In this document: piece after piece, positions 7,171-8,587 of the stretch | Layout: the number at the start of each line of letters is the position of its first letter | Position numbering within the stretch: position 1 is the first letter of the stretch | Origin: Tubiluchus corallicola | Taxonomy: Eukaryota > Animalia > Priapulida | Direction of reading: 5' to 3' | Assembly (NCBI GenBank): GCA_030141605.1 | Contig: JAQGDQ010002527.1 | Span: forward strand, 1-8,587 | DNA length: 8,587 bases | Program-made: the position numbers and the translations under genes | The notes under the pieces: model-generated | The model's database searches: none | What the model was told of the DNA's origin: nothing | The model's input: the letters and a program-made list of their open reading frames with translations, nothing else

Positions 7171-7458
7171 TTATGTTTTTTTATTCTCAATTACGAAATT
7201 GAGAGCATCTTCTTTTATTTCATCAGCCGATTTTCGGGCATTCTTGAGTAACCATTGATTAAGTTTTTCCTTGTCAAAAAATATAACCTTGCCATTGGGT
7301 TTGGAATGTGGGATTACCCCGGAGGAAGTTAGTTTGTACAGATAACTGCGAGATAAGCCAGTGTAATCACAAGCTTCGTCGAAAGTCAATACTCTCTTAT
7401 TCGAAATTATGAGTCGCTCGATTCGGTCGAGCCGTTCTTCAATCTTTAAATTGTCCAT
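7171..7458 (-). CDS. Helix-turn-helix excisionase-like DNA-binding protein, 95 aa
   Basis: VLTFDEACDYTGLSRSYLYKLTSSGVIPHSKPNGKVIFF is typical of Bacteroidetes MerR-like/HTH_17 excisionases. It is the first gene of the replication/mobilization operon. Confidence 0.92.
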   Translation of the reverse strand: MDNLKIEERLDRIERLIISNKRVLTFDEACDYTGLSRSYLYKLTSSGVIPHSKPNGKVIFFDKEKLNQWLLKNARKSADEIKEDALNFVIENKKT

Positions 7459-7524
7459 TGTTTTAGCTTTAAATTAAACATTGAACAAAAGCGCTTTTGT
7501 TTTCTAATTGTCGATATCTGAAAG

Positions 7525-7555
7525 CAAACGTAAAGGATTAGAAAATAACCTCAAA
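7525..7555 (-). promoter_or_regulatory. Bacteroidetes sigma-A promoter for the excisionase operon
   Basis: Minus strand TTTG (7555-7552), a 19-bp spacer, then TACGTTTG (7532-7525): an exact match to TTTG-N19-21-TAnnTTTG, 66 bp upstream of the ATG. Confidence 0.8.
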
Positions 7556-7588
7556 TATGTATGGTAAGGTATGCCTATGTATGGCATA
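7556..7588. promoter_or_regulatory. Candidate regulator-binding site abutting the -33 box
   Basis: Direct repeat TATGTATGG at 7556-7564 and 7576-7584 (20-bp period), with an overlapping palindrome TATGCC-N7-GGCATA at 7570-7588. Confidence 0.5.
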
Positions 7589-7638
7589 TATAAGCAATCG
7601 TAAAAGTCAAGGTAAAATATTCGTGAAAGGTTCTTGGG

Positions 7639-7932
7639 CTATTTTTCAGAGGTACTGTGAATTAACTCTCTGATTTTCAGTTTTGGATTATTGTTTTCTG
7701 TTCTTTTATATAAATCGAATGTGCTTGGATTTATTTCAATTGGAGTACTTGTATTATCACAGAAATATTTTTCTGCAATTTCCTTTACTTTTTTTCTTTG
7801 AACCTGATTTTTCCTTTTCAATGCCGGAAAAATTGCAATTATGAATGTTAGTAGAGATTGCAGGTTTGCATCAGTATTGTTATTACCTCCCGTATCAGTC
7901 CAAATAATTCTATTTGTGTTATTAAGAGGCAT
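7639..7932 (-). CDS. Hypothetical protein, 97 aa; probably the C-terminal part of a frameshifted gene spanning 7639-8407
   Basis: Starts 4 bp after the upstream ORF stop. Its frame is open for several codons upstream of the ATG (..FIKL-M). Basic, helical composition. Confidence 0.55.
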   Translation of the reverse strand: MPLNNTNRIIWTDTGGNNNTDANLQSLLTFIIAIFPALKRKNQVQRKKVKEIAEKYFCDNTSTPIEINPSTFDLYKRTENNNPKLKIRELIHSTSEK

Positions 7933-7936
7933 TAGC

Positions 7937-8407
7937 TTAATGAAATGTGGTAAGAGAATTTATATCACAGTTTAGATAGTTGTCTAAAGTGGTGCGCAAT
8001 TTTTCAATAGATTCATCTTTAATTATCGATTCTAAAGGAGTCCTATTAATCTTCATGGATATGTCTTCTGCAATAGGTATCAGCTTGGATATAAATTTTT
8101 TGCTCCATGCAAAATGTAACAACAATGAACTGATAATCAGAATCAATAAAAAAAGTATCTGGAAAGCTAAATCAAAATAATACCTGCCGGAATATGGGTG
8201 ATTTTGCAATGCTAACCAGCAACCGTAGGCAATTCCACCGAATACAATATAAAATAACAACCTGGGTTTCTCCACATGTTTGTTCCAATTGAATTTCTGA
8301 TTGAGCATGTATGGAATGAAAACATGAAAAATATATTGGTATAAAAGGCGGGAAATAGGATATAACAGAATAAGGGAAAAGATTAGTTTGACGGTTGCTT
8401 GATTCAT
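7937..8407 (-). CDS. Hypothetical membrane protein with ~3 N-terminal transmembrane helices, 156 aa; possibly truncated by a frameshift
   Basis: Hydrophobic segments LIFSLILLYPISRLLYQYIFHVFI, LLFYIVFGGIAYGCWLAL and LAFQILFLLILIISSLLLHFAW, followed by a soluble helical region. Confidence 0.7.
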   Translation of the reverse strand: MNQATVKLIFSLILLYPISRLLYQYIFHVFIPYMLNQKFNWNKHVEKPRLLFYIVFGGIAYGCWLALQNHPYSGRYYFDLAFQILFLLILIISSLLLHFAWSKKFISKLIPIAEDISMKINRTPLESIIKDESIEKLRTTLDNYLNCDINSLTTFH

Positions 8408-8554
8408 AGTACTATGCTTAAGTGGTTAATACTAATGGTGTTTACTTTTTATTTCTCATCAACAATGCTAATATAAATCGCCAACTTTTGCAATACTTTT
8501 TTTTGACTAATATTTTCCTTTTAACGTCAATTTTGTATGTATCTGGTATGTATT

Positions 8555-8587
8555 AAAAGAAAAAAGAGCTACGAAATATTTCGTAGC
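8555..8587 (-). terminator. Probable intrinsic terminator of an upstream minus-strand gene outside the window
   Basis: Perfect 20-bp palindrome GCTACGAAATATTTCGTAGC (8568-8587), followed on the minus strand by TCTTTTTTCTTTT. Cut by the window edge. Confidence 0.65.

Larger units (their letters stand above)
3291..8407 (-). mobile_element. Backbone of a Bacteroidetes integrative mobilizable element, apparently decaying; boundaries not visible
   Basis: Co-oriented excisionase, VirE-like ATPase, primase, oriT, mobC and relaxase. No integrase, att sites or T4SS genes are in the window. Confidence 0.85.

Noticed and set aside
7980-8180. Plus-strand 66-aa ORF
   Set aside because: Antisense to the membrane protein gene.
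8468-8475. TATATTAG as the -7 promoter box of the membrane protein gene
   Set aside because: One mismatch to consensus and no correctly spaced TTTG; too weak in AT-rich DNA.

Overview
AT-rich, Bacteroidetes-type accessory DNA (a consensus TTTG-N19-TAnnTTTG promoter is present). The right part (3291-8407, all minus strand) is the backbone of an integrative mobilizable element. It runs: membrane-anchored hypothetical protein (split into two ORFs), HTH excisionase-like gene, VirE/VapE-like ATPase, AGGTA/TACCT repeat cluster (candidate replication origin), toprim primase broken by a 14-bp tandem duplication, candidate oriT, frameshifted mobC, relaxase, and a small C-terminally anchored protein. 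No integrase is in the window. The left part holds two insertion sequences: an IS4-superfamily (IS701/ISH3-like) DDE element with 14-bp terminal inverted repeats, and an IS110-family DEDD recombinase element. The IS110 has a highly structured upstream non-coding region, a candidate bridge/seek RNA. Its two flanks, when rejoined, fold into a ~104-nt structured RNA-like element, suggesting the IS inserted into the loop of an ncRNA, possibly 6S-like. All structures were paired by eye and no searches were run.
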